From: Longivirga aurantiaca
Lineage (GTDB): Bacteria; Actinomycetota; Actinomycetes; S36-B12; CAIYMF01
Direction of reading: 5' to 3'
DNA length: 32,000 nucleotides
Assembly: GCF_042660085.1 (NCBI RefSeq)
Contig: NZ_JBHSTI010000008.1
Location: 120,001 to 152,000, forward strand
Below are positions 8,018-16,448 of this stretch, in pieces. The position numbers were made by a program, and so were the translations under genes. How positions within the stretch are numbered: the first letter of the stretch is position 1; every line of letters starts with the position of its first letter. Below the pieces are notes generated by a model that had not been told where the DNA came from, made no database searches, and saw only the letters and a list, made by a program, of their open reading frames with translations.

Positions 8018-8542
8018 ATGACACGGCCCCGGATCTCGGTCTTCATCGCGCACTCGGTCGACGGCTACATCGCGACCGACGACGACAGCCTCGACTGGCT
8101 GATGTCGGCCGGGGCCGAGGGCGAGGACTACGGATTCGAGGCCTTCATCGCCGACATCGACGTGATCGCGATGGGTCGCGGCACGTACGACGTCATCAAG
8201 GACTTCCCCGAGCTGCCGTACGGCGGACGCCCGGTGCACGTGTTCACGTCGCAGCCGCTCGGTCCGCGCGACGGGTTCGAGTTCTACGCCCGTACGCCGA
8301 CCGAGGCGGTCGCGCGATGGGAGGCGGACGGCGTGCAGCACGTGTACGTCGACGGCGGCCAGCTCATCAGCCAGTTCCTCGACGCTGGTCTGGTCGACGA
8401 CCTCACCCTGACGGCGGTGCCGCTGCTGCTCGGCTCGGGCCGACCGCTGTTCCCCCGCATCGCCACGGGCACGGCGCTGCGGCTGGTCGATGTCCAAGCC
8501 TTCCCGAGCGGGATGCTCAACCGCCGCTACGAGCGCGCCTAG
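8018..8542 (+). CDS. Dihydrofolate reductase family protein (RibD C-terminal domain)
   Basis: It is a 174-aa ORF starting at ATG 8018. It shows the RibD_C pattern (ISVFIAHSVDGYIA, DWL, VIAMGRGTY, YVDGGQLISQFL, LDDLTLTAVPLLLGSGRPLF). Confidence 0.8.
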   Translation: MTRPRISVFIAHSVDGYIATDDDSLDWLMSAGAEGEDYGFEAFIADIDVIAMGRGTYDVIKDFPELPYGGRPVHVFTSQPLGPRDGFEFYARTPTEAVARWEADGVQHVYVDGGQLISQFLDAGLVDDLTLTAVPLLLGSGRPLFPRIATGTALRLVDVQAFPSGMLNRRYERA

Positions 8543-9036
8543 CCCGTTCTCCTGCGCGCACCGGGACCCCTGCGCACGACGACGTCGCGCGGGCCCTCGA
8601 GGTCGTGCCCGGCGTCGCACCGCAGCGCCACGTGCACCTCGTGGTCGCAGCCCTGGTGCACGAGCTCGATCGGCGGCCCCGCCTTGTCGGCCACGTACCG
8701 GTTGCCCCAGTCGGCCATCGCGACCAGCACGGGGTAGAGGTCGAAGCCGGCCTCGGTGAGGCGGTACTCGTCGCGCACGCGCTGCCCGGGCTCCTGGTAG
8801 GGCACGCGGCGCAGCAGGCCCTGGTCGACCAGCCGGTCGAGCCGCGTCGAGAGCACCTGCCGCGGGATCCCCGTGTGGTCCTGGATGTCCGCGAACCGGC
8901 GTACGCCGAGGAACACCTCGCGCAGCAGCACGAACGACCAGCGGTCGCCGAAGATCTCGACCGCGCGAATCACCGTGCAGTTGTCGGTCCGCCAGGCCAG
9001 GGCCTCGGGCGCGTCGGTGCGGGTGGTCGTGGCCAT
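8539..9036 (-). CDS. HxlR-family winged-helix transcriptional regulator
   Basis: It is a 165-aa ORF. HxlR signatures are present (C-x-V..A.EIFGDRWSFVLLRE..GVRRFADIQ, IPRQVLSTRLDRLVDQGLL, YRLTEAG). Its stop overlaps the stop of the convergent gene (CTAG at 8539-8542). Confidence 0.8.
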   Translation of the reverse strand: MATTTRTDAPEALAWRTDNCTVIRAVEIFGDRWSFVLLREVFLGVRRFADIQDHTGIPRQVLSTRLDRLVDQGLLRRVPYQEPGQRVRDEYRLTEAGFDLYPVLVAMADWGNRYVADKAGPPIELVHQGCDHEVHVALRCDAGHDLEGPRDVVVRRGPGARRRTG

Positions 9037-9084
9037 GGGCTCAGTCTACTTGACAGACTCAGCCGCGTCACCGAACCTGAGTCC

Positions 9085-9600
9085 ATGATGGAGACTCAGA
9101 ACCTGGACGAGGCGGCCGCCAGCGTGCGGACACGGATCTTCACGTGGGCCGATCCGGCGGGGATCGCTGCCGGAGCAGGCATGACGGGCCTCGAGCTGCT
9201 CACGGCGATGAGCGAGGGCCGGCTGCCGTCGCCGCCCGTCGCCTCGATGGTCGGCTTCCGCACCTTCGAGGTCGCGCCCGAGGTCGTGACCGTCACGCTC
9301 GACCCGCAGGAGTTCCACTACAACCCGCTCGGCACCGTGCACGGCGGTGTCATCGCCACGCTGCTCGACACCGTCGCGGGCTGCGCCGTGCACACCACGC
9401 TGCCGGCCGGGGTCGGCTACGCCTCGCTCGACCTCGCGACCAAGTTCCTGCGGCCGATCACCGCGGGCTCGGGCACGATCACCGCGCGCGGGACCGTCGT
9501 GCACCGCGGCAGCCGGACGGCGCTCGCCGAGGCGCGGCTCACCGACGAGGCCGGACGGCTGCTGGCGACCGCGACCTCGACCTGCGTGATCCTCGGCTGA
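9085..9600 (+). CDS. PaaI-family (hotdog-fold) thioesterase
   Basis: The start is ATG 9085 inside track ORF 8317..9600. It has the hotdog/PaaI motif (NPLGTVHGGVIATLLDTVAGCAV ... GRLLATATSTCVI). It is divergent from the HxlR gene. Confidence 0.8.
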   Translation: MMETQNLDEAAASVRTRIFTWADPAGIAAGAGMTGLELLTAMSEGRLPSPPVASMVGFRTFEVAPEVVTVTLDPQEFHYNPLGTVHGGVIATLLDTVAGCAVHTTLPAGVGYASLDLATKFLRPITAGSGTITARGTVVHRGSRTALAEARLTDEAGRLLATATSTCVILG

Positions 9601-9606
9601 GCGCCG

Positions 9607-10479
9607 CTACTTCTTCTTGGCGGCAGCGATGCCCAGGCCCGCGCCGATGCCGAGGCCGACCGCAGCTGCCAGCGCGGCCGGCACGTAGTAGCGCTGGTTC
9701 ATGCGGGTGCGCCGGTAGTCGTGGATCTCCCAGCCGACCGCGCGCGCATGCTTGCGCAGGGCGCCGTCGGGGTTGACCGCGACGGCGCGGCCGACGGCCG
9801 ACAGCATCGGGACGTCGTTGGCGCTGTCGGAGTACGCCGTGCAGCGCACGAGGTCGAGGCCCTCGCGCTCGGCCAGCGCGCGGACGGCGTCCGCCTTCGC
9901 CTTGCCGTGCAGCGCCGATCCGACGAGGCGGCCGGTGTAGACGCCGTCCTCGATCTCGCTCACCGTGCCGAGCGCGCCGGTGAGTCCGAGCCGGGCAGCG
10001 ATGATCGACGCGAGCTCCACCGGCGTCGCCGTCACGAGCCACACCCGCTGGCCGCGGTTGAGGTGGCCCTGGGCGAGCGCGAGGGTGCCGGGCCACAGCT
10101 TGCGCATCATGAGGTCGTCGAAGATCTCCTCGCCGAGCGAGACGACCTCGTCGACGCGCTTGCCCTTCACGAACGCGAGCGCGGCCTCGGTGGCGTCGGC
10201 CATGTCCTCGAGGTCCTCGGAGCCGTTGACGACGAACTTCGCCTGCTTCAGGGCGAAGTCGCCGACGTCCCGCGTGCTGAAGAACTTGCGCTTGGCCAGG
10301 CCCCGGGCGAGGTGGAAGATGCTCGCCCCGCGCATCACGGTGTTGTCGACGTCGAAGAACGCCGCTCCCGTGAGGTCGGGCTCGACCGTGGTCGTGGGGG
10401 ACACGTCGGCCGCTGCGGCGGACGCCTCGCCCGCGACCTGCGAGGCGCGGAGGATGTCCGAAGGGTTGGTCCCGCTCAT
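9607..10479 (-). CDS. HAD-IB family hydrolase (SerB1-like) with a C-terminal membrane anchor
   Basis: The start is ATG 10479 (MSGTNPSD...). HAD motifs are present ([28 protein letters not shown]). The C-terminus reads [23 protein letters not shown]. The upstream 206 aa of track ORF 9607..11097 are antisense to the ligase gene and low-complexity. Confidence 0.8.
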   Translation of the reverse strand: MSGTNPSDILRASQVAGEASAAAADVSPTTTVEPDLTGAAFFDVDNTVMRGASIFHLARGLAKRKFFSTRDVGDFALKQAKFVVNGSEDLEDMADATEAALAFVKGKRVDEVVSLGEEIFDDLMMRKLWPGTLALAQGHLNRGQRVWLVTATPVELASIIAARLGLTGALGTVSEIEDGVYTGRLVGSALHGKAKADAVRALAEREGLDLVRCTAYSDSANDVPMLSAVGRAVAVNPDGALRKHARAVGWEIHDYRRTRMNQRYYVPAALAAAVGLGIGAGLGIAAAKKK

Positions 10480-10519
10480 GTCCGGGAGCCTACCGAGGAT
10501 CGTGTGCCACGATCGGGGT

Positions 10520-12046
10520 GTGACCGAGCTCGGGACTGCCACCAACCTCGCCGACCTCCTGCGCGCCACCGCCGCCGCACGGGGCCCCGAGGTCGCGTTC
10601 GTCGATGCCCCTACGGGGCTCGAGACGACGTGGGCGCAGCTCGACCTCGCCGTCGACCACCTCGCCGCAGGCCTGCTGCGCCACGGCCTGGTGGCCGGCG
10701 ACCGCGTCGCCCTGCTGCTCGGCAACCGGATCGAGTTCGTCGCGTCGTACTTCGCGACCCTGCGCGCCGGCCTCGTCTCGCTCCCGCTCAACACGGCGTA
10801 CACCCAGCACGAGGTGTCCGACGTCCTCACCCGTTCGGGCGCGCGGCTCGTCATCGCGGACGAGGGCACCGAAGCCGTCGCCGGCGCGGCGGCGCCGGAG
10901 GGGTGCGACGTCGTGGTCGTGGGCGACTCGTCGTTCGACGCGCTGTCCCGGCTCGGCAGCCGGGCCGACGCGCACGTGCCCGGAGCGGGAGACGCCGCGG
11001 GCGATCCCGAGGCGATCGCCGTGCTCCTGTACACGTCGGGCTCCTCGGGCCCGAGCAAGGGCGCGATGCTGAGCCACCGCGCGCTGCTCGCCAACATCGA
11101 CCAGCTGCGGGCGATCGACCCCAGCCCGGTGCAGCCGGACGACGTCGTGCTCCTCGTGCTGCCGCTGTTCCACGTCTACGCGCTCAACGCCGTGCTGGGC
11201 CTCGCCGTCGCCCAGGGGGCGCGGTCGGTGCTCGTGCCGAGGTTCTCGCCCGCCGCGGCCCTCGAGAGCATCTCCGCGTTCGGCATCACCAACATCCCCG
11301 CGGCGCCGCCGGTCTTCGTCGCGTGGGCCTCGCTGCCCGACCTCGCCGAGCGGCTCGCCGGCGTGCGCACGATGATCTCGGGCGCCGCAGCGCTCGCTCC
11401 CGCGATCTTCGCCGAGTACGCCGTCCGCGCGGGCAACCCCGTGTGGGAGGGCTACGGCCTCACGGAGGCGGCGCCCGTCGTGTCCTCCACGATGGTCGGC
11501 CGCCGGGCGAAGCCCGGGTGCGTGGGCTCGCCGCTGCCCGGCGTCGAGGTGCGCCTCGTCGACGAGTCGGGCGAGACGTCCGACCCCGAGGACACCGGCG
11601 AGATCTGGGTGCGCGGCGCGAACCTGTTCTCCGGCTACTGGCCCGACGGCAGCGAGGGGCCGGACGCCGACGGCTGGTGGGCCACCGGCGACGTCGCGTA
11701 CGCCGACGAGGACGGGGACCTGCACCTGGTCGACCGCCGTCGCGACCTCGTGATCGTGTCGGGCTTCAACGTCTACCCCTACGAGGTCGAGACGGTCATC
11801 GCCTCGCATCCGGCCGTGGCCGAGGTGGCGGTGATCGGGCTGCCGCACGAGCACACGGGGGAGACCGTGGCGGCGTACGTCGTGCCGATCGTCGGCGCCG
11901 GTCTCACCACGGACGACGTACGCGACCTGTGCGAGCAGCGGCTCGCGCGCTTCAAGTGCCCGACCACCATCACGATCGTGGAGTCGCTGCCGCACACCTC
12001 CACCGGCAAGCTCGCCAAGGGCCGGTTGCGCGAGGGCCGGCCGTGA
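10520..12046 (+). CDS. Long-chain fatty acid--CoA ligase (AMP-dependent synthetase/ligase)
   Basis: It has the AMP-binding signature [14 protein letters not shown], plus GYGLTE, GDV.Y.DEDGDL...DR and a GKL.K tail. The start is uncertain: GTG 10520 ([14 protein letters not shown]) or GTG 10502. The track ORF beginning at 9965 is an artefactual extension. Confidence 0.8.
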   Translation: MTELGTATNLADLLRATAAARGPEVAFVDAPTGLETTWAQLDLAVDHLAAGLLRHGLVAGDRVALLLGNRIEFVASYFATLRAGLVSLPLNTAYTQHEVSDVLTRSGARLVIADEGTEAVAGAAAPEGCDVVVVGDSSFDALSRLGSRADAHVPGAGDAAGDPEAIAVLLYTSGSSGPSKGAMLSHRALLANIDQLRAIDPSPVQPDDVVLLVLPLFHVYALNAVLGLAVAQGARSVLVPRFSPAAALESISAFGITNIPAAPPVFVAWASLPDLAERLAGVRTMISGAAALAPAIFAEYAVRAGNPVWEGYGLTEAAPVVSSTMVGRRAKPGCVGSPLPGVEVRLVDESGETSDPEDTGEIWVRGANLFSGYWPDGSEGPDADGWWATGDVAYADEDGDLHLVDRRRDLVIVSGFNVYPYEVETVIASHPAVAEVAVIGLPHEHTGETVAAYVVPIVGAGLTTDDVRDLCEQRLARFKCPTTITIVESLPHTSTGKLAKGRLREGRP

Positions 12047-12300
12047 GCGCCGAGCCGCGCGTCACCCTGATCGGCAAGCCCGACTGCCACCTGTGCGACG
12101 CCGCGCGGACCGTGATCGACGAGGTCTGCGCCGAGACGGGCGACACCTACGCCGAGCGCTCGATCCTCGACGACCCCGAGCTCGCCGACCTCTACTGGGA
12201 GCAGATCCCGGTCACGCTCGTCGACGGCGTGCAGCACGACTTCTGGCGCGTGGACGCCGCCCGCCTCCGCGCCGCGCTCGCCGCCCCCCGCCCGTCCTGA
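12043..12300 (+). CDS. Glutaredoxin-like protein (DUF836/Rv0508-like thioredoxin fold)
   Basis: GTG 12043 overlaps the ligase stop (GTGA). The 85-aa product has a CxxC motif (KPDCHLCD) and IPVTLVDG. It is hidden in the artefactual 859-aa track ORF 9721..12300. Confidence 0.75.
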   Translation: MSAEPRVTLIGKPDCHLCDAARTVIDEVCAETGDTYAERSILDDPELADLYWEQIPVTLVDGVQHDFWRVDAARLRAALAAPRPS

Positions 12301-12312
12301 CACCCGTCCGGG

Positions 12313-12801
12313 TCAGGCGGGGGCGCTGCCGGTGTCGATCTGGCGGGCGAGGTACGCCGACTCGCCCACGGCCTCGATGGCCGCGAGCTGCGCCTCGAAC
12401 CAGTCGGCGTGGCCCTCCTCGTCGCGCACCATCTCGTCGAAGATCGACGCGGTGCCGTGGTCGCCCAGCGCGCGCAGCTCGGCCGCGGCCGCGTTGAACT
12501 GCGCCACGGCCTTCTTCTCGCCCTCGAGACCGAGCTGGAGCATCTCCACCGCGGACTGGCCGATGGCCACCGGCCCGAGGCGCTGCAGGTTGGGGTGCGC
12601 GTCGAAGAACAGGATCCGCTGGATCAGCGAGTCGGCGTCGCGCATCTCGCCGATGGACAGGTCGTAGAACACCTTGCCCAGCAGCGGCAGGCCCTGGGCG
12701 TCGAGCATGCGGGCGTGCAGGAAGTAGGCGTTGGTGACGGTGAGCTCGAGCGTGAGGGCGTCGTTGAGGAGCTCGACGACGCGAGGGCTAACCGGCTGCA
12801 T
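12313..12801 (-). CDS. bfr: Bacterioferritin
   Basis: It is a 162-aa ORF. It has ferritin-like di-iron ligand spacing (LELTVTNAYFLHARM, SIGEMRDAD including the heme-ligand Met position, EGEKKAV, DEEGHADW). Confidence 0.9.
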   Translation of the reverse strand: MQPVSPRVVELLNDALTLELTVTNAYFLHARMLDAQGLPLLGKVFYDLSIGEMRDADSLIQRILFFDAHPNLQRLGPVAIGQSAVEMLQLGLEGEKKAVAQFNAAAAELRALGDHGTASIFDEMVRDEEGHADWFEAQLAAIEAVGESAYLARQIDTGSAPA

Positions 12802-13006
12802 GGACGACCTCCGATGACGGTGCCGGGTGGCGGGTGCCGGCCAGGCGCAGGGCGGACTCGGTCTGCTGGCGCACGGCGGGGAGGCAGCCTCCGCAGTCGC
12901 GGCCTGCGCGGGTGCGGACGAGCACCTCGCGCAACGAGCAGGCGCCCTCGGCGACGGCGGCGTCGATCGCGCGGTGGTCGACCACGGCGCAGTGACAGAG
13001 GATCAC
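12788..13006 (-). CDS. bfd: Bacterioferritin-associated ferredoxin (BFD-like 2Fe-2S domain)
   Basis: GTG 13006 gives MILCHCAVV...AGRDCGGCLPAV. This is the C-x-C ... C-x-x-C pattern of Bfd. It overlaps the bfr start by 14 nt. Confidence 0.8.
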   Translation of the reverse strand: MILCHCAVVDHRAIDAAVAEGACSLREVLVRTRAGRDCGGCLPAVRQQTESALRLAGTRHPAPSSEVVHAAG

Positions 13007-13025
13007 GTGGGTAAGGGTACCCTAA
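13007..13025 (-). promoter_or_regulatory. Candidate IdeR/DtxR iron box overlapping a putative -10 of bfd
   Basis: The minus strand reads TTAGGGTACCCTTACCCAC. By hand alignment this matches the consensus TTAGGTTAGGCTAACCTAA at 14-15 of 19 positions. It contains the palindrome AGGGTACCCT. TACCCT (a TANNNT-type hexamer) ends 7 nt before the GTG start. Confidence 0.4.
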
Positions 13026-13169
13026 CTCTGGCGTCGGCGGACATCCGGTGCGTCCCGGACGGGCTACCCGCGGGTATCGGAATCGGCCGCTACCGTTGCC
13101 CACCTACGGTTGCGTAACCGGAACCACGATCGTCCGCACGGCCCGCCCGCCGCACGCCGAGGAGATGCC

Positions 13170-14117
13170 ATGACCGTTCTCGAGGACTTCGCCCCGAGCG
13201 CTCCGCTCGTGCGCGCTCTCGATCCGGTGGTCGCCGTCGAGATCGAGCGGCACATGGCGATGGCCAAGGAGTGGATGCCGCACGAGTACATCCCCTGGGC
13301 CGAGGGCAGCAACTACGACGGCATCTATGGCGGCGACGCGTGGGACCCGAGCCAGTCGCCCGTCGACGGCGTCTCGCGCACGGCGCTGGTCGTCAACCTC
13401 CTGACCGAGGACAACCTGCCGAGCTACCACCGCGCGCTCACCGACACCGTCGGTCGCGACAGCGCCTGGGGCGAGTGGGTGCACCGCTGGACCGCGGAGG
13501 AGGGCCGCCACGCGATCGCGATGCGCGACTTCCTGCTCGTCACGCGCTCGGTCGACCCGGTCGCCCTCGAGCGCGAGCGCATGGACCACATGGGCCGCGG
13601 CTTCGACGGCTACGCCGAGGGCCACGTGCTCACGACGATGGCGTACGTCTCCTTCCAGGAGCTGGCCACCCGCATCTCGCACCGCAACACCGGCAAGCAC
13701 ACGCAGGACCCGGGCCTCGACCGGCTGCTGCAGCGCATCGCGGCCGACGAGAACCTGCACATGCTGATGTACCGCAACGTCATGGCCGCGGCGTTCGACC
13801 TCAACCCCGACGCCTCGATGAAGGCCGTCCTCGACATCGTGGAGAACTTCCAGATGCCGGGCAACGAGGTCGAGGGCTTCACCCGCCGCTCGGTCGCGAT
13901 CGCGCTGGCCGGCATCTACGACCTGCGCATCCACCACGACGAGGTGCTCTCGCCGGTGCTGCGCGCGTGGAACGTGTTCGACCGCACCGACTTCGGCCCC
14001 GAGGGCGAGAAGGCACGCGACGCGCTCGCGCAGTTCATGGCCGGCCTCGACGCCGCGGCCACGCAGTTCGAGGACAAGCGCGCCGAGAAGGCCGCCCGCC
14101 TCGCCGCCCGCATCTGA
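13170..14117 (+). CDS. Acyl-ACP desaturase (DesA1/DesA2-like soluble di-iron desaturase)
   Basis: ATG 13170 is preceded by GAGGAG (13159-13164). It has di-iron ExxH motifs (TAEEGRHAIAM, AADENLHMLMY) and the family motif NLLTEDNLPSYH. Confidence 0.85.
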   Translation: MTVLEDFAPSAPLVRALDPVVAVEIERHMAMAKEWMPHEYIPWAEGSNYDGIYGGDAWDPSQSPVDGVSRTALVVNLLTEDNLPSYHRALTDTVGRDSAWGEWVHRWTAEEGRHAIAMRDFLLVTRSVDPVALERERMDHMGRGFDGYAEGHVLTTMAYVSFQELATRISHRNTGKHTQDPGLDRLLQRIAADENLHMLMYRNVMAAAFDLNPDASMKAVLDIVENFQMPGNEVEGFTRRSVAIALAGIYDLRIHHDEVLSPVLRAWNVFDRTDFGPEGEKARDALAQFMAGLDAAATQFEDKRAEKAARLAARI

Positions 14118-14233
14118 GGGCGCCGGTCGGCCGACGCGGCCAGCGCCGGTGTCCGGCAACCGGTCGCCCCGGTCGGCAGCTGGGTGCCGGGCCGGTGACC
14201 AAGATCAACATCTTGCACGCGGGGGTCTGAACC

Positions 14234-14249
14234 TGTGACCGGGGTCACA
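14234..14249. promoter_or_regulatory. Candidate Rex operator (ROP), a perfect 16-bp palindrome
   Basis: TGTGACCGGGGTCACA fits the pattern TGTGA-N6-TCACA. It matches the Streptomyces ROP TGTGAACGCGTTCACA at 13 of 16 positions. It lies 146 nt upstream of the rex start. Confidence 0.55.
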
Positions 14250-14291
14250 TCGATTCTGGTCCATATCCTGGAACCCGGGCGGCCCGCGACT

Positions 14292-14309
14292 TTGTGCGTT
14301 CGTTCACGA
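14292..14309. promoter_or_regulatory. Second, degenerate Rex-operator-like site overlapping a putative promoter
   Basis: TTGTGCGTTCGTTCACGA keeps the GTG-N8-CAC core. TTGTGC (14292-14297) could serve as a -35 element, followed by a 17-nt spacer and TACTCT (14315-14320) as a -10 element. Confidence 0.35.
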
Positions 14310-14394
14310 GTACCTACTCTGACAACGCCCACCCGCTGAGACGACCGGACCCTTGCCGGCCCGGCGGGAGGCACCGAACAACCGGGGTGAAGCC

Positions 14395-15087
14395 GTGCCG
14401 CTCCCACGTGCGACCGACGTGTCGCGCCGTGGCATCCCGGACGCGACGGTGGCCCGGCTCCCGATCTACCACCGCGTCCTCGCGCTCCTCGTCGAGCGCG
14501 GCGTCGCGACCGTGTCGAGCGAGGAGCTCGCGGCCGCGAGCGGCGTCACGAGCGCCAAGCTGCGCAAGGACCTCAGCCACCTCGGCTCGTACGGCACGCG
14601 CGGCGTCGGCTACGACACCGAGTACCTCGTCTACCAGATCGCCCGCGAGCTCGGCCTGACCCAGGACTGGCCCGTCGTGATCGTCGGTGTCGGCAACCTC
14701 GGCCACGCGCTCGCCAACTACGGAGGCTTCGCGTCGCGCGGCTTCCGCGTCGTCGGCCTCGTGGACGCCGACCCACGTCGGGTCGGCGAGAAGATCCCGG
14801 CCGGCCCCGGCGGCGAGCCGATCGCGGTGCGGCCGCTCGCCGACCTCGAGGACGTCGTCATCGACGGCGTCGCCTGCATCGGCGTCATCGCGACGCCCGC
14901 GCCCGCCGCCCAGGCCGTCTGCGACCGCCTCGTCGCCGCAGGTGTCACGAGCATCCTCAACTTCGCCCCCGTGGTGCTGACCACCCCCGACCACGTCGGG
15001 GTGCGCAAGGTCGACCTCGCGACCGAGCTGCAGATCCTGGCGTTCCACGAGCAGCGCCGTGTCGCGCGTCCGGAGCTGGGCGCATGA
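14395..15087 (+). CDS. rex: Redox-sensing transcriptional repressor Rex
   Basis: It has the Rex N-terminal winged helix (RGIPDATVARLPIYHRVL, SSEELA...KLRKDLSHLGSYGTRGVGY) and a Rossmann domain (VVIVGVGNLGHALANY). The start is GTG 14395 or TTG 14353. Confidence 0.85.
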   Translation: MPLPRATDVSRRGIPDATVARLPIYHRVLALLVERGVATVSSEELAAASGVTSAKLRKDLSHLGSYGTRGVGYDTEYLVYQIARELGLTQDWPVVIVGVGNLGHALANYGGFASRGFRVVGLVDADPRRVGEKIPAGPGGEPIAVRPLADLEDVVIDGVACIGVIATPAPAAQAVCDRLVAAGVTSILNFAPVVLTTPDHVGVRKVDLATELQILAFHEQRRVARPELGA

Positions 15088-16448
15088 CCCTCCTCGTCGT
15101 CGGCATCAGCCACCGAACCGCGCCCGTGACCCTGCTCGACCGGGTCGCGCTGGTCGACGGCGCAGCCGAGCGGCTGCAGGTGGACCTTCTCGCCTCGACC
15201 CATGTCGCCGAGTCGCTCGTGCTGTCGACCTGCAACCGCGTCGAGATCTACGCCGAGGTCAGCAAGTTCCACGGCGGCGTCCTCGACGTCACCGAGACCC
15301 TCGCCAAGGCCACGGGCATCGACCGCGAGGAGCTCACCCCGCACCTGTACGTGCGGTACGAGGATCGCGCCGTGCAGCACCTGTTCGAGGTCGCGGCCGG
15401 CCTCGACTCGATGGTGGTGGGCGAGCAGCAGATCCTGGGCCAGGTGCGCGGTGCGCTGCGCACCGGGCAGGACCTCGAGACGATCGGCCGCAACCTCAAC
15501 GACCTCGCCCAGGCGGCGCTGCGCGTCGGCAAGCGCGTGCACCACGACACCGGCATCGACCGCGCGGGCGCCTCGGTGGTGAGCGTCGCGCTGCACCTCG
15601 CGGGCGCCTCCCTCGGTGGGAGCCTCGCGGGCAAGCGCGCGCTGGTGGTCGGCGCCGGAGCGATGAGCGGCCTGGCCGCTGCCACGCTGGCGCGCGCGGG
15701 CATCGGCGAGATCGTCGTCGCGAACCGCACCTTCGAGCGGGGCCAGCACCTGGCCGATCAGGTCGGCGGCCGCGCTGTGAGCTTCGACGACGTCGCGGCC
15801 ACGATCGCCGACGTCGACATCGTCTTCTCCTGCACGGGATCCACGGGCCTCGTGCTCACCACCTCCGACGTCGAGACCGCACGCGCCGGCGTCACCGCAC
15901 CGCTGGCCGTCGTCGACCTCGCGCTCCCGCACGACACCGAGGAGACGATCGCGTCGCTCCCCGGCGTCTCGCGGATCGACCTCGCGTCGCTCGTCGACGT
16001 CCCCGAGGCGAACGCGCCCGAGCGCGACGTCGAGCTGGCCCGCGCGATCGTCGTCGACGAGGTCCGCGCGCACCTGGCCACGATCGCGGCCCAGCGGGTC
16101 GAGCCCATCGTCGTCAGCCTGCGCAGCCACGCCGACCAGGTGGTCGAGGCCGAGCTCGACCGGCTGCGCCTCAGGCTGCCCGGCCTCGGCGAGGCCGAGC
16201 TCGACGAGGTCGCGCGCGCCATGCGCCGCTCGGTGTCGACGCTGCTCCACCGGCCCACGGTCCGCATGAAGGAGCTCGCCGCCGACCCGGACGGCGCGCG
16301 CTACGCCACCACGCTGCACCGGCTCTTCGACCTCGACCCCGAGGCGATCGCCGCCGTCACCGCCGCCGACTCCGCCGAGCCCACCACGCCGTCGTTCGCG
16401 TCCGAGGCCGGCGCGGGCATCGACGACCTCCTCGGGGGCACGCCGTGA
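15084..16448 (+). CDS. hemA: Glutamyl-tRNA reductase
   Basis: ATG 15084 overlaps the rex stop (ATGA). The 454-aa product has HemA motifs (VVGISHRTAPV, LSTCNRVEIY, GEQQILGQV, VVGAGAMS). Confidence 0.95.
   Translation: MTLLVVGISHRTAPVTLLDRVALVDGAAERLQVDLLASTHVAESLVLSTCNRVEIYAEVSKFHGGVLDVTETLAKATGIDREELTPHLYVRYEDRAVQHLFEVAAGLDSMVVGEQQILGQVRGALRTGQDLETIGRNLNDLAQAALRVGKRVHHDTGIDRAGASVVSVALHLAGASLGGSLAGKRALVVGAGAMSGLAAATLARAGIGEIVVANRTFERGQHLADQVGGRAVSFDDVAATIADVDIVFSCTGSTGLVLTTSDVETARAGVTAPLAVVDLALPHDTEETIASLPGVSRIDLASLVDVPEANAPERDVELARAIVVDEVRAHLATIAAQRVEPIVVSLRSHADQVVEAELDRLRLRLPGLGEAELDEVARAMRRSVSTLLHRPTVRMKELAADPDGARYATTLHRLFDLDPEAIAAVTAADSAEPTTPSFASEAGAGIDDLLGGTP

Noticed and set aside
9037-9100. 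GACTCAG/CTGAGTC repeats in the hxlR-thioesterase divergent region as an HxlR operator.
   Set aside because: These are only 7-bp repeats with irregular spacing, and I know no consensus to compare them with. The evidence is too weak to call a site.
9721-12042. The 859-aa ORF 9721..12300, and the 5' extensions of ORFs 9965..12046 and 9607..11097.
   Set aside because: Only the last 85 aa of 9721..12300 (the glutaredoxin-like protein) look real. The extensions run antisense to, or out of frame with, the HAD hydrolase and ligase genes and are low-complexity.
14200-14215. The inverted repeat CAAGAT-caac-ATCTTG upstream of the Rex palindrome.
   Set aside because: Its 6-bp arms are short enough to occur by chance, and it matches no motif I know. 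It is mentioned only as part of the relatively AT-rich rex upstream region.
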